DNA of 63,606 nt from contig JAKPKU010000016.1 in NCBI GenBank assembly GCA_029553545.1, positions 1-63,606 on the forward strand, given 5' to 3'. Both the position numbers and the translations under genes were made by a program. Numbering within the stretch: the stretch's first letter is position 1; each line of letters opens with the position of its first letter. Positions 27,442 through 36,671 of this stretch are shown piece by piece. A model generated the notes under the pieces. It was not told the origin of the DNA and did no database searches. It saw only the letters and a program-made list of their open reading frames with translations. The stretch comes from Candidatus Cloacimonadota bacterium (GTDB taxonomy: Bacteria; Cloacimonadota; Cloacimonadia; Cloacimonadales; WRIO01).

Positions 27442-28752
27442 TTATAGTAGAACGATTTTATCTGATTTTACGTTCTTTGCGGCGTTTCGTGTATCTAAGA
27501 CTATTTTTGCTTTGCCAACTATTTCTTCATAGTTAAAATCCGAGTGATCGGTCATAATTATTACAATATCATAGTCTTGTGGGTTTGCTTGTTTTGTACT
27601 TGTATAAGATTTTTGATTGAGTGGGTTCTTAAAGCTGGGGATCCATGGGTCATAATAGTCAAAGTTTGCATTCCACTCTTCTAATAATACCATTAGGTTT
27701 TGAATAGGCGACTCTCTTACGTCTTCAATATCCTTTTTATAAGCAGCACCAAGCAATAAAACTTTTGCTTCTGACAATGCTTTGCCAGACTGATTGAGCA
27801 ATCTAATCGCTTTATTCAAGACAAAGTTTGGCATTTCCATATTTATCTCGCCTGCAAGTTCGATCATGCGGGTGTGATAGCTGTATTCACGTGCTTTCCA
27901 AGTTAAATAGAATGGGTCGATGGGAATGCAATGCCCACCTACACCAGGACCTGGATAAAATGCCATAAAGCCATATGGCTTTGTCTTTGCTGCATCGATT
28001 ACTTCCCAAAAGTTAATGCCCATACGCTCACAGAGGATAGTCATCTCATTTGATAGAGCAATATTAATATTTCTAAATGTGTTTTCAAAAATCTTCTCCA
28101 TCTCTGCTACTGCAGGAGAAGAAACGAGATGAACATTAGAGTCCAATACATTTTCATAAAAAGCTTTAGCGACTATATTGCAATTTGCCGTTTCGCCACC
28201 AATAACCTTTGGGGTATTGTTTGTTTTGAAGTCTTTATTACCTGGATCTACACGCTCTGGCGAGAAGGCAACATACACAGTTTCGCCAACTACAAAGCCT
28301 TTTTTTACGATTGGTGGAACAATTATCTCGTGAGTTGTGCCAGGATATGTTGTAGACTCAAGTACCACAAGTGTATCTTCAGTAAGGTTCTCCACTATTG
28401 AAGTGATCGCACTAATAATATACTTCATGTCAGGCTGATGATACTTATCCAATGGCGATGGCACAGCAATTACTACGACATCAGCATTTTTGATATTTGA
28501 ATAATCATTGCTTGCATGAAGGTAACCATTTTTAACGCAGCTCTCTAAATCGGCATCATCAACGTCTCCGATATAGTTTTTGCCTGCATTAACGCTTTCA
28601 ATGTTCTTTGTGTTTACGTCAATACCAATAACCTTAAAGCCTTTTTTTGCGACTGTTACAGCTAATGGTAAACCTACATAACCAAGACCTATAACAGCTA
28701 CTACAGACTGTTTGGCTTTGATTTTCTCTGCTAAATTAATTGTTTGTTTCAT
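27442..28752 (-). CDS. UDP-N-acetylhexosamine 6-dehydrogenase (WbpA/WecC family)
   Basis: VIGLGYVGLP, ESTTYPGTT, FSPERVDPG, GPGVGGHCIPIDP, YKKDIEDVRESP. Confidence 0.9.
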   Translation of the reverse strand: MKQTINLAEKIKAKQSVVAVIGLGYVGLPLAVTVAKKGFKVIGIDVNTKNIESVNAGKNYIGDVDDADLESCVKNGYLHASNDYSNIKNADVVVIAVPSPLDKYHQPDMKYIISAITSIVENLTEDTLVVLESTTYPGTTHEIIVPPIVKKGFVVGETVYVAFSPERVDPGNKDFKTNNTPKVIGGETANCNIVAKAFYENVLDSNVHLVSSPAVAEMEKIFENTFRNINIALSNEMTILCERMGINFWEVIDAAKTKPYGFMAFYPGPGVGGHCIPIDPFYLTWKAREYSYHTRMIELAGEINMEMPNFVLNKAIRLLNQSGKALSEAKVLLLGAAYKKDIEDVRESPIQNLMVLLEEWNANFDYYDPWIPSFKNPLNQKSYTSTKQANPQDYDIVIIMTDHSDFNYEEIVGKAKIVLDTRNAAKNVKSDKIVLL

Positions 28753-28779
28753 ACTACCTCTTTATTATTAAAAATAAAT

Positions 28780-30186
28780 CTAATATCTATAATGCTCAGG
28801 CTTGTAAGGTCCGTCAACAGAGACTCCTATGTAATCAGCTTGCTCTTTGCTTAACTTTGTCAGCTTTACTCCAAGCTTTTCTAAATGTAAACGTGCCACT
28901 TCTTCGTCGAGCTCTTTGGGCAGGAGATAAACGCCTAATTCATGCTTTTCTTCCCAAAGCTTCAATTGAGCAAGAACCTGATTGGTAAATGAATTGCTCA
29001 TAACAAAAGAAGGGTGTCCTGTAGCATTACCCAGATTGACCAAGCGTCCTTCAGAAAGTAGAATAATTGCATGCTTATCTGGGAAAATTATTTTATCAAC
29101 TTGCGGCTTAATATTCTCTTTAATAATGCCAGGCAAAGCATAGAGCTTATCAACCTGTATCTCATTATCAAAATGACCAATATTACAGACTATGGCTTGG
29201 TCTTTCATTTGCTCCATATGATCAGTTCTAATCACATTGCAATTGCCTGTGGCAGTAACAAATATGTCTGCATAATCTACTGCTTCTTCAAGGGTTTTCA
29301 CTTCATAGCCTTCCATTGCAGCTTGTAATGCACAAATTGGATCAATCTCAGTAACAATAACGCGTGCCCCAAAGCCTCGCATAGATTGGGCACAGCCCTT
29401 ACCGACATCACCATAGCCACAAACCACGACAACCTTGCCTGCCACCATGATATCTGTGCCACGCTTGATGCCATCAGCTAAAGACTCACGGCAGCCATAG
29501 AGATTATCGAATTTCGATTTGGTAACCGAGTCATTCACATTCACTGCAGGGAATAGTAAAGTCTTATTTTCAAGCATTTGGTATAGTCTATGCACGCCAG
29601 TCGTTGTCTCTTCGCTTACTCCCTTGATTTTACTGACGATTTTATGCCAGCGTTTAGGGTATTTTTCCATATCTTCTAATACAGAATTTTGCATGATGGC
29701 AAATTCTTTATTATCTGTTTTTATAATTGGTAATTTACCAGTTTTTTCATATTCTTGTTCTAAGCGATAACCTTCGTGGATCATCAATGTAGCGTCACCA
29801 CCATCATCAACTATCAAGTCTGGTCCTTCTTCTGCACCGTGTAAAAGTGCTTGCTTTGTACACCACCAGTACTCTTCGAGTGTTTCGCCTTTCCAAGCAA
29901 AGACAGGTACGCCAGTTTTTGCAATAGCTGCCGCTGCATGATCCTGAGTTGAAAAGATATTACAGCTTGCCCAACGTACATCTGCACCAAGCTCTACAAG
30001 TGTCTCAATTAAGATAGCTGTTTGAATTGTCATATGCAGACTGCCAGTAATTTTTGCTCCTTTTAGTGGCTTATCTTGACCATGCTTTGCTCTTAAAGCC
30101 ATCAAACCAGGCATTTCTTTTTCAGAAATAATTATCTCTTTTCTGCCATCCTCTGCAAGCTCAATGTCTTTAACTTTGTACGTCAT
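28780..30186 (-). CDS. ahcY: S-adenosylhomocysteine hydrolase
   Basis: [57 protein letters not shown]. Confidence 0.97.
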   Translation of the reverse strand: MTYKVKDIELAEDGRKEIIISEKEMPGLMALRAKHGQDKPLKGAKITGSLHMTIQTAILIETLVELGADVRWASCNIFSTQDHAAAAIAKTGVPVFAWKGETLEEYWWCTKQALLHGAEEGPDLIVDDGGDATLMIHEGYRLEQEYEKTGKLPIIKTDNKEFAIMQNSVLEDMEKYPKRWHKIVSKIKGVSEETTTGVHRLYQMLENKTLLFPAVNVNDSVTKSKFDNLYGCRESLADGIKRGTDIMVAGKVVVVCGYGDVGKGCAQSMRGFGARVIVTEIDPICALQAAMEGYEVKTLEEAVDYADIFVTATGNCNVIRTDHMEQMKDQAIVCNIGHFDNEIQVDKLYALPGIIKENIKPQVDKIIFPDKHAIILLSEGRLVNLGNATGHPSFVMSNSFTNQVLAQLKLWEEKHELGVYLLPKELDEEVARLHLEKLGVKLTKLSKEQADYIGVSVDGPYKPEHYRY

Positions 30187-30189
30187 TGC

Positions 30190-32448
30190 TTAGTCCTCGC
30201 TATCTCTTCTTTTATTATGATAATCTCTGTTACGGTTATCGCGTCCACGATTATCACGATCACGGTTATCACGATCACCATATCTACTATCTCTATTTCT
30301 ATTAAAAGGTCTGTCTGATCTCTCTTGTCTTTCAGGTTCACTTCCTGCTTCTTTCATACTGAGAGCAATTTTACCCTTATCGATGTCTATAATGCGTGCT
30401 TTGACAATATCACCAAGCTTAAAGAACTCAGTAATTTGTTGTCCACGTGGCACTGGTAATTGTGAAATATGAGCCATACCTTCTTTGAAGCCATGCATAA
30501 ATTTGACAAATATGCCAAAGCCTTCAATACGGCTGACCACGCCTTCATACCATGTATTTCTTTGAGGTTCGGTAATAATAGCTTCGATCATTTGACGAGC
30601 TAAATCCAAGTTCTCTTTATTTGGAGACGCAACTTGTACCAAACCTGTATCATCAATATTTATTTCAGCTTTTGTTTGTTCGATAATTGATTTAATGGTT
30701 TTGCCAGATGCACCGATAATTTCACCAATTTTGGAGGTATCAACAGAGAATGATTCTATGCGTGGAGCATTAGGAGAAAGCTCTTTACGTGGCTCTTCTA
30801 TCACTTGTCCCATTAAATTCAAGAGATATTTACGTGCATTTTTAGCTTTATCCAAAGCAATAGACATAATCTCCTTTGTAATACCCTCTATTTTGATATC
30901 CATCTGTACTGCGGTAATGCTATCTTCAGTTCCTGTCACCTTAAAGTCCATGTCACCAAGGTGATCTTCCAAGCCTTGAATATCTGTCAAAACTACAAAG
31001 TCTTTACCTTCCATGATCAAACCATTAGCAATACCTGCTACAGGTGCTTTAATAGGCACACCAGCAGCCATCAATGCCAAACAGCCACTACATACAGAAG
31101 CCATAGAAGATGAACCATTAGATTCTGTAATATCCGATACAATACGTATAGTGTATGGGAAATCAGCGTTTGCTGGAATGATTGGTTCGAGAGCTTTTTC
31201 AGCTAATGCACCATGCCCAAGCTCACGACGTCCTGGACCTCTTAAAAAACCAGCTTCGCCAACGCTATATGGTGGAAAATTGTAGTGTAAATAGAAATTC
31301 TTTTTATATTCATCATCAAGCCCATCAATGATTTGTTGATCGGAAGCTGAGCCAAGTGTTACAGTCCCCAATGATTGTGTCTCGCCGCGTGTAAACAAAG
31401 CAGAGCCGTGTACAATGTCAGGTAAAGCGTCTATTTCAATACTGATAGGTCTAATCTGATCCATTTCACGTCCATCAGGTCGATTATTATCGTATAAAAT
31501 GCCATGTCTGACATATTTTTTCAAAAGCTCATCATAAGAATTATTGATATATCTCGCTTGGCTATCATAATCTTCTGGGCTCAAATTTGTTTTGTAGCTT
31601 TCAATAATAGTTTCTTTGAGTGCATCAAAAGCCTCTTGTTTAGCATGTTTACCAGGAATAACAACTGCTTCTTTAATTTTTGCACTCCATTCGTTATCCA
31701 TTGTATTGATAATTTCTTCAGGAATAATATCGAGCACAACTTCTACTTTTTCTTTGCCAATTTCTTTTTGCAAGTCTGTCTGTAGATGGCAAAGCTCTTT
31801 AATAGTCTCATGTCCAGTGTAAATTGCATCGAGCATAGTTTCTTCATTGATGCCATACGAGCCAGCTTCTATCATCACTACTGAGTTTTCTGAAGCGCCA
31901 ACAGATAGCTTTAATTTTGAGTCTTTCATCTCTTGAACACTTGGGTTAATGACTATTTTATCTTCAATGATCCCGACAGTTACGCCTGCTACAGGTCCAT
32001 TAAATGGGATATCAGAGATGCATAAAGCTGCTGAAGCTGCCAAAATACCAATATCCTCAGGGTGATTAATTCCATCATATGTTAGTGGTGTAATGCAGAT
32101 ATGTACGGGGTTTCTAAATCCTTCAGGGAAGAGAGGACGAATTACTCTATCGATCAATCTTGCTGTCAATGTCGCATCTGTTGAAGGTTTTGTTTCTCTT
32201 TTAAAAAAGCCACCTGGTATTTTGCCTGCGGCATACATTTTCTCTATAAAATCTACAGTTAATGGGAAGAAATCTGTCTCTTCATTAGAGAGTTTTCCCA
32301 TTACTGCTGTTGCTAATACGGTTGTTTTGCCATAAGTAATCATAACTGAGCCATTAGCTTGTTTTGCTACTTTGCCTGTTTCTATTATTATTTCGCGACC
32401 AGCTACCATCATAGTTTTTTTGGTTATTTTAAAATCATGCTGTTGCAT
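30190..32448 (-). CDS. pnp: Polyribonucleotide nucleotidyltransferase
   Basis: IPGGFFKRE, RPDGR, HGSALFTRGETQ, RRELGHG, ESNGSSSMAS, DHLGDMDFKV, KH and S1 domains. Confidence 0.97.
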   Translation of the reverse strand: MQQHDFKITKKTMMVAGREIIIETGKVAKQANGSVMITYGKTTVLATAVMGKLSNEETDFFPLTVDFIEKMYAAGKIPGGFFKRETKPSTDATLTARLIDRVIRPLFPEGFRNPVHICITPLTYDGINHPEDIGILAASAALCISDIPFNGPVAGVTVGIIEDKIVINPSVQEMKDSKLKLSVGASENSVVMIEAGSYGINEETMLDAIYTGHETIKELCHLQTDLQKEIGKEKVEVVLDIIPEEIINTMDNEWSAKIKEAVVIPGKHAKQEAFDALKETIIESYKTNLSPEDYDSQARYINNSYDELLKKYVRHGILYDNNRPDGREMDQIRPISIEIDALPDIVHGSALFTRGETQSLGTVTLGSASDQQIIDGLDDEYKKNFYLHYNFPPYSVGEAGFLRGPGRRELGHGALAEKALEPIIPANADFPYTIRIVSDITESNGSSSMASVCSGCLALMAAGVPIKAPVAGIANGLIMEGKDFVVLTDIQGLEDHLGDMDFKVTGTEDSITAVQMDIKIEGITKEIMSIALDKAKNARKYLLNLMGQVIEEPRKELSPNAPRIESFSVDTSKIGEIIGASGKTIKSIIEQTKAEINIDDTGLVQVASPNKENLDLARQMIEAIITEPQRNTWYEGVVSRIEGFGIFVKFMHGFKEGMAHISQLPVPRGQQITEFFKLGDIVKARIIDIDKGKIALSMKEAGSEPERQERSDRPFNRNRDSRYGDRDNRDRDNRGRDNRNRDYHNKRRDSED

Positions 32449-32506
32449 TAAATCTCCTTTTCTTTGCCTTTCAAAGTATTAAAATTCTTTTTTGATTAAT
32501 GTTTAT

Positions 32507-32584
32507 GAAAGCAGTTTTGTAAGCAATAGACAAAAGCCATCTCTCTGATGAATTTTGTTTATTGCTCAAACAAAAACCACTTTC
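32507..32584 (-). promoter_or_regulatory. Long stem-loop in the pnp leader (candidate RNase III site)
   Basis: Imperfect hairpin GAAAGTGGTTTTTG..AGCAATA..ACAAAA..CATC-AGAGA-GATG..TTTTGT..TATTGCT..CAAAACTGCTTTC. Confidence 0.55.
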
Positions 32585-32600
32585 TTTATTGATTATTGAA

Positions 32601-32672
32601 AGAAAAAGGGGTTGCATTCTCTGCGTTTTTCATTTTAAACGATGAACTACGCTTCAAAATACATCCCCTTTA
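32601..32672 (-). terminator. Long hairpin with U tract directly after rpsO
   Basis: AAAGGGG/CCCCTTT base, GCGT/ACGC and TTCAT/ATGAA inner stems, then a T-rich run on the minus strand. Confidence 0.6.
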
Positions 32673-32680
32673 GTTTTGAA

Positions 32681-32950
32681 TTATTTTCTTAGACCTAATT
32701 TTTTAATGATTTGACGATACCTATTTATATCTTTTTTGATTAAATAATCCAACAGGCTACGACGCTTACCGATGAGAGTCAACAAACCACGACGTGTGTG
32801 AAAGTCTTTTTTGTGGACTTTTAAGTGTTCTGTGATTTGTTTGATCCTTTCAGTTAATAATGCAATCTGTACTTCTGGTGAACCAGTATCTAAATCATGG
32901 AGTTTGTGATCTACCATAATCGCCTTTTTGGCTTCTGTATTCATTGCCAT
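32681..32950 (-). CDS. rpsO: 30S ribosomal protein S15
   Basis: [34 protein letters not shown]. Confidence 0.97.
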   Translation of the reverse strand: MAMNTEAKKAIMVDHKLHDLDTGSPEVQIALLTERIKQITEHLKVHKKDFHTRRGLLTLIGKRRSLLDYLIKKDINRYRQIIKKLGLRK

Positions 32951-32983
32951 TTAGTCTCTCCTTTTCTATTTTTGTTACAAGTT

Positions 32984-33649
32984 TTATAAATGTTCATTTT
33001 TTGTAAAGCTTTTTTTATCAGTTTTTAAAGATTTATTCTTTTTGTAAAAGTATCTTACTATAAAAAAAATCGCTGCAGCTATCACTACGAGGATTATTCC
33101 GATCTTTATCTCCTCATAATAGAGGTGCAATAATGCCTTATTTTCTCCAAAGTAATAACCAAGTAATGCGAGTATTACATTCCATACCCCTGCGCCTAAG
33201 GTGGTAAAAAAGATAAATCTCTTCAAATCCATCCGAGCAAGACCAGCAGGAATAGATATCAACTGTCTGATAGCGGGGATGAGTCGCCCTATCAATGTGG
33301 ACATATTACCATACTTGTTAAAATACTCTTCTGCCTTTTCGATTTTGCCTCTATCGATCAACATCATATGCACCAGCTTTGTATCTGCCAATTTATAGAC
33401 TAATGCTCGCCCAAGCCACACTGCCAAATAATAGTTGATCAGTGCACCGATCAAACTTCCCGCTACTCCTGAAGCAATCACCAAGAATAGATTCATCTGT
33501 CCTTGAGATGCTAAATATGCCGCTGGTGGGATAACTATTTCGGAGGGGAAGGGGATAAACGAGCTTTCGATAGTCATTAATACGATAATACCTGTATAGC
33601 CCATCTGGCTAAACTTGTCCATAAAAAAAGTAGCTATAGCGCCAAACAT
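32984..33649 (-). CDS. DedA family membrane protein
   Basis: IESSFIPFPSEIVIPPAAY, GRLIPAIRQLISIPAG. Confidence 0.92.
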   Translation of the reverse strand: MFGAIATFFMDKFSQMGYTGIIVLMTIESSFIPFPSEIVIPPAAYLASQGQMNLFLVIASGVAGSLIGALINYYLAVWLGRALVYKLADTKLVHMMLIDRGKIEKAEEYFNKYGNMSTLIGRLIPAIRQLISIPAGLARMDLKRFIFFTTLGAGVWNVILALLGYYFGENKALLHLYYEEIKIGIILVVIAAAIFFIVRYFYKKNKSLKTDKKSFTKNEHL

Positions 33650-33653
33650 ATAC

Positions 33654-35315
33654 TTATTCTTTTATCCTTTCAAGTTCTGCTTGTAGGGCTGGGCTTATCT
33701 TTGAGCGGTCATCTCTGATCCATCTATCGTCAACAACAACTTTTACGGGGCTTTTCTTTTTGAAATAATCCACCATTGCATCACGTAGATTTATCTCATT
33801 ACGAATCACTTGGCTCTCTGGCACAGTGGTCAATAGGGTCAGCCCAGCATTGCCTTGCAATAAGAAGTCTGTAGTCGCCACTTTATATATTTTATTTGCT
33901 TGCCAAGGCTCTCCGCCAATCTCTAAGCGAGTTACACGGTCAAAATCACTTCGTGTACGGCTATATGTTATCTTTGCACCTGCTTGCAATAAGCCTGCAC
34001 GTGAGCCTGCCACACGCGTCTCGATGATCTTTTTCAGCATAATACCATCAACTAAGATCGTCACAATTTGATTGTCAAAAGGCATGGTATTAAATACTTG
34101 ACGATAGGTGACTGTTCCCATTGGTATTTCAGCTCTTACGCCGCCAAGATTCAAGAAAGAAAAGTCTGCACCCGTCGCTTCTATCATAGCTTCGCAGGTA
34201 AAGTTACCCATTGCGTTTTGCGCATCAACTGAGGCTCTGGACAAAAAAGTCCCCGCTGTACCGATCATGTCATCCATTCCTTTTTCCACTACAGCTTGTC
34301 TTGCGCTGATCATGGTATCAATCTCAGGATCAGGAATAAATTGCTCTTCAAAGAGGGTGATCAATGCATTGTCTCTCTGCGGATATTCAAAGCCCGCCAA
34401 AGTCTTTGTTTCTTTATCTATTAACAGCGTAATATGCCCCATATTTGAGCCATTAGCGTAATTGGAAAAGAATAGTGTATGCGTCACTGGGTCAACCCAA
34501 GGCTCTGCCAGCCCAATATGTATATGCCCACCAAAGATGATATCAATCCCTTCTACTTCATGTGCCAACTGTTGTGCATCCAGCCCCCAATATTGAGGCT
34601 CAGGAACGGCATTTTTACCATAGCGTTTATCATATTCAGCTTGCGGCTCAAATGGCACACCAGCATGCATAGTAACGATTAATAAGTCAACTTTTTCTTC
34701 TTCTCTCAGTATTTTGATATACTTGTTCAGAGCCTCTTTTTCATCGCCAAAGTCCACATTTTTTATATGATCAGGAAAGCTCATCTTTTCCGTATCAGAT
34801 GTTGCCATACCAATCACGCCGATCTTGATACCGAGCTTATTAAAGATCAAATAAGGCTGCACATAATCGACTAATTCTTTTGTCCCTTTCTTAAATAAAT
34901 TGCATGCCAGCGCAGGGAAATTAGCCTTAGAAAGTGTATTTATCAGTGTTTCTTCGCCGCTATCAAACTCATGATTACCGATTACTGTCAAGTCATATTC
35001 AATAGCGTTCATATATTCAATAATTGCTTCTCCATTAGTCAATGAGCCAATTGGTCGCCCTTGAAAGAAGTCGCCAACATCAAATAAAAATGACTCGCGT
35101 TTTTTACCATCTGACAGTTTTCTCACTTCTTTTATATATGTTGCAGCAGAAGCACCCCCACCGAGTTGTGGTGGAAATTCAGGGTTCATAAAGGTCGCTG
35201 CAATGCGGTCTATCCCGCCGTGAATGTCATTTGTATAGAGGATATCAAGCTTCAAATCTTCTGCCCACAGGCTAAATGCCAGGAGAAAGATTAGGCTATA
35301 TAATATTTTCTTCAT
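33654..35315 (-). CDS. Exported 5'-nucleotidase / UDP-sugar hydrolase family protein
   Basis: Signal peptide; metallophosphoesterase motifs TNDIHG, DVGDFFQG, GNHEFD, GGHIH; C-terminal NLGGVRA..PFDN domain. Confidence 0.9.
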   Translation of the reverse strand: MKKILYSLIFLLAFSLWAEDLKLDILYTNDIHGGIDRIAATFMNPEFPPQLGGGASAATYIKEVRKLSDGKKRESFLFDVGDFFQGRPIGSLTNGEAIIEYMNAIEYDLTVIGNHEFDSGEETLINTLSKANFPALACNLFKKGTKELVDYVQPYLIFNKLGIKIGVIGMATSDTEKMSFPDHIKNVDFGDEKEALNKYIKILREEEKVDLLIVTMHAGVPFEPQAEYDKRYGKNAVPEPQYWGLDAQQLAHEVEGIDIIFGGHIHIGLAEPWVDPVTHTLFFSNYANGSNMGHITLLIDKETKTLAGFEYPQRDNALITLFEEQFIPDPEIDTMISARQAVVEKGMDDMIGTAGTFLSRASVDAQNAMGNFTCEAMIEATGADFSFLNLGGVRAEIPMGTVTYRQVFNTMPFDNQIVTILVDGIMLKKIIETRVAGSRAGLLQAGAKITYSRTRSDFDRVTRLEIGGEPWQANKIYKVATTDFLLQGNAGLTLLTTVPESQVIRNEINLRDAMVDYFKKKSPVKVVVDDRWIRDDRSKISPALQAELERIKE

Positions 35316-35321
35316 ACTGTC

Positions 35322-36650
35322 CTACCATGTATAGCTGAGGTTTGTTTGCACTTTAAGGAATTGTTCTTCGACTTTATCGGGGTTTTCCCAGCCTCTATCT
35401 TTTGGCTTAATAGTTCTCCACAAGCCATTATGATCATAAAAACTATCATGGAAGAGGTCGAGGCATTCATAGGTGCGTGTTGAAAATTCACCTGATATAT
35501 TCAAAACTAAGTTCTTAGCAATTGGAAAAGCTGTGCCTGCTGAGACAGTTGGCATTGAAATAGCACCAATCTCTGCATTGCCAAAGCTTTGCTCATGTTT
35601 AAAGCCCAATCTTAATGGCATAGCACGTCCAATATAGTGTTCCATTCCCACAAAGACTGCATATGTATCATCATAAAACTTGCTTATTTCAGAATACTTT
35701 TTATATTCCATATCCATTTGGAAGGTAGTTTTAAATGGATTTCGTGGCAAGTAAGTGAGTCCCCATCTAATACTTGTAGGCAATATATAATCTCCTTCAA
35801 GCTTCTCTTCAGGGTAAATAATATCAAACTCCTTATGGCTTTTAACTGTCATGTCCAGCGTTGCCTTTGGCTGAAAAGCAAAGCCCAATCTCAATCTTCT
35901 ATTGAGGTTATAATTTGCACCTAATTTAAACATCAGCCCATCATAATTATAATTTGCCTTGTAAAGTGAGTCATTCAAAACCCCTTGACCTGCAGCAGTA
36001 TGTGCAAACTCAGTCCAATTAATAGTCTTTTTATAATCTTGTGAACCATCTAAGAATGCAAGCTCTAAGCCCAAAGCGAGTTTATTGATCTCATTAAAAC
36101 TATATGATGAGCTCAGCATCAGGCTATATGCATCGATACTCCCTTCACCCTTAATAGCGTTTTTTGCCAAGATAGGGGGATAAGTGTCGGCATCCGAGCT
36201 GGCGTCATTTCTCACCTGCTCATCATAGATCGAGGAAAAGTCGATTATTGGTCGATACATCATGCCAGCAGTGAAGCCAAAAGTCCCATTACTGAGTCTA
36301 TAGCTCGCTCCCACTGCGGTATTATTAAAGATATTACTATTATTTGAGTAGGTGGCATTATCGATATAAGAGTCAAAGAAATTATAAAGCGGTATGCTTC
36401 TATCATCCTCATTATTTACAAAGTTCAGGCTCAGATCAGCATTAAAATCTCTTTCCAAAAAAGATAGATTTGAGGGGTTGATTGAGCTATCAAAAAGAGA
36501 TTGCCCTCCAGCAGCGCCAGTCGTTCCCATAGCGCTTGTTCTTGCGGAAAAGCTATGGATATAGTTTCCACTTTGATCTTCAAATAAAGAATAAGCACAG
36601 ATATTTATAATCAAGCTTGCAATAACGATTAACAGAGATATTTTTTTCAT
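35322..36650 (-). CDS. Outer-membrane beta-barrel, FadL/PorV-like
   Basis: Signal peptide, hatch motif SARTSAMG...INPSNL, amphipathic strands, terminal aromatic residue (NLSYTW). Confidence 0.72.
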   Translation of the reverse strand: MKKISLLIVIASLIINICAYSLFEDQSGNYIHSFSARTSAMGTTGAAGGQSLFDSSINPSNLSFLERDFNADLSLNFVNNEDDRSIPLYNFFDSYIDNATYSNNSNIFNNTAVGASYRLSNGTFGFTAGMMYRPIIDFSSIYDEQVRNDASSDADTYPPILAKNAIKGEGSIDAYSLMLSSSYSFNEINKLALGLELAFLDGSQDYKKTINWTEFAHTAAGQGVLNDSLYKANYNYDGLMFKLGANYNLNRRLRLGFAFQPKATLDMTVKSHKEFDIIYPEEKLEGDYILPTSIRWGLTYLPRNPFKTTFQMDMEYKKYSEISKFYDDTYAVFVGMEHYIGRAMPLRLGFKHEQSFGNAEIGAISMPTVSAGTAFPIAKNLVLNISGEFSTRTYECLDLFHDSFYDHNGLWRTIKPKDRGWENPDKVEEQFLKVQTNLSYTW

Positions 36651-36671
36651 TTTTCCTCCAAAACTTTTTAT

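Noticed and set aside
32951-32983. S15 autoregulatory leader RNA
   Set aside because: Only 33 bp separate dedA and rpsO and no recognisable structure is present.
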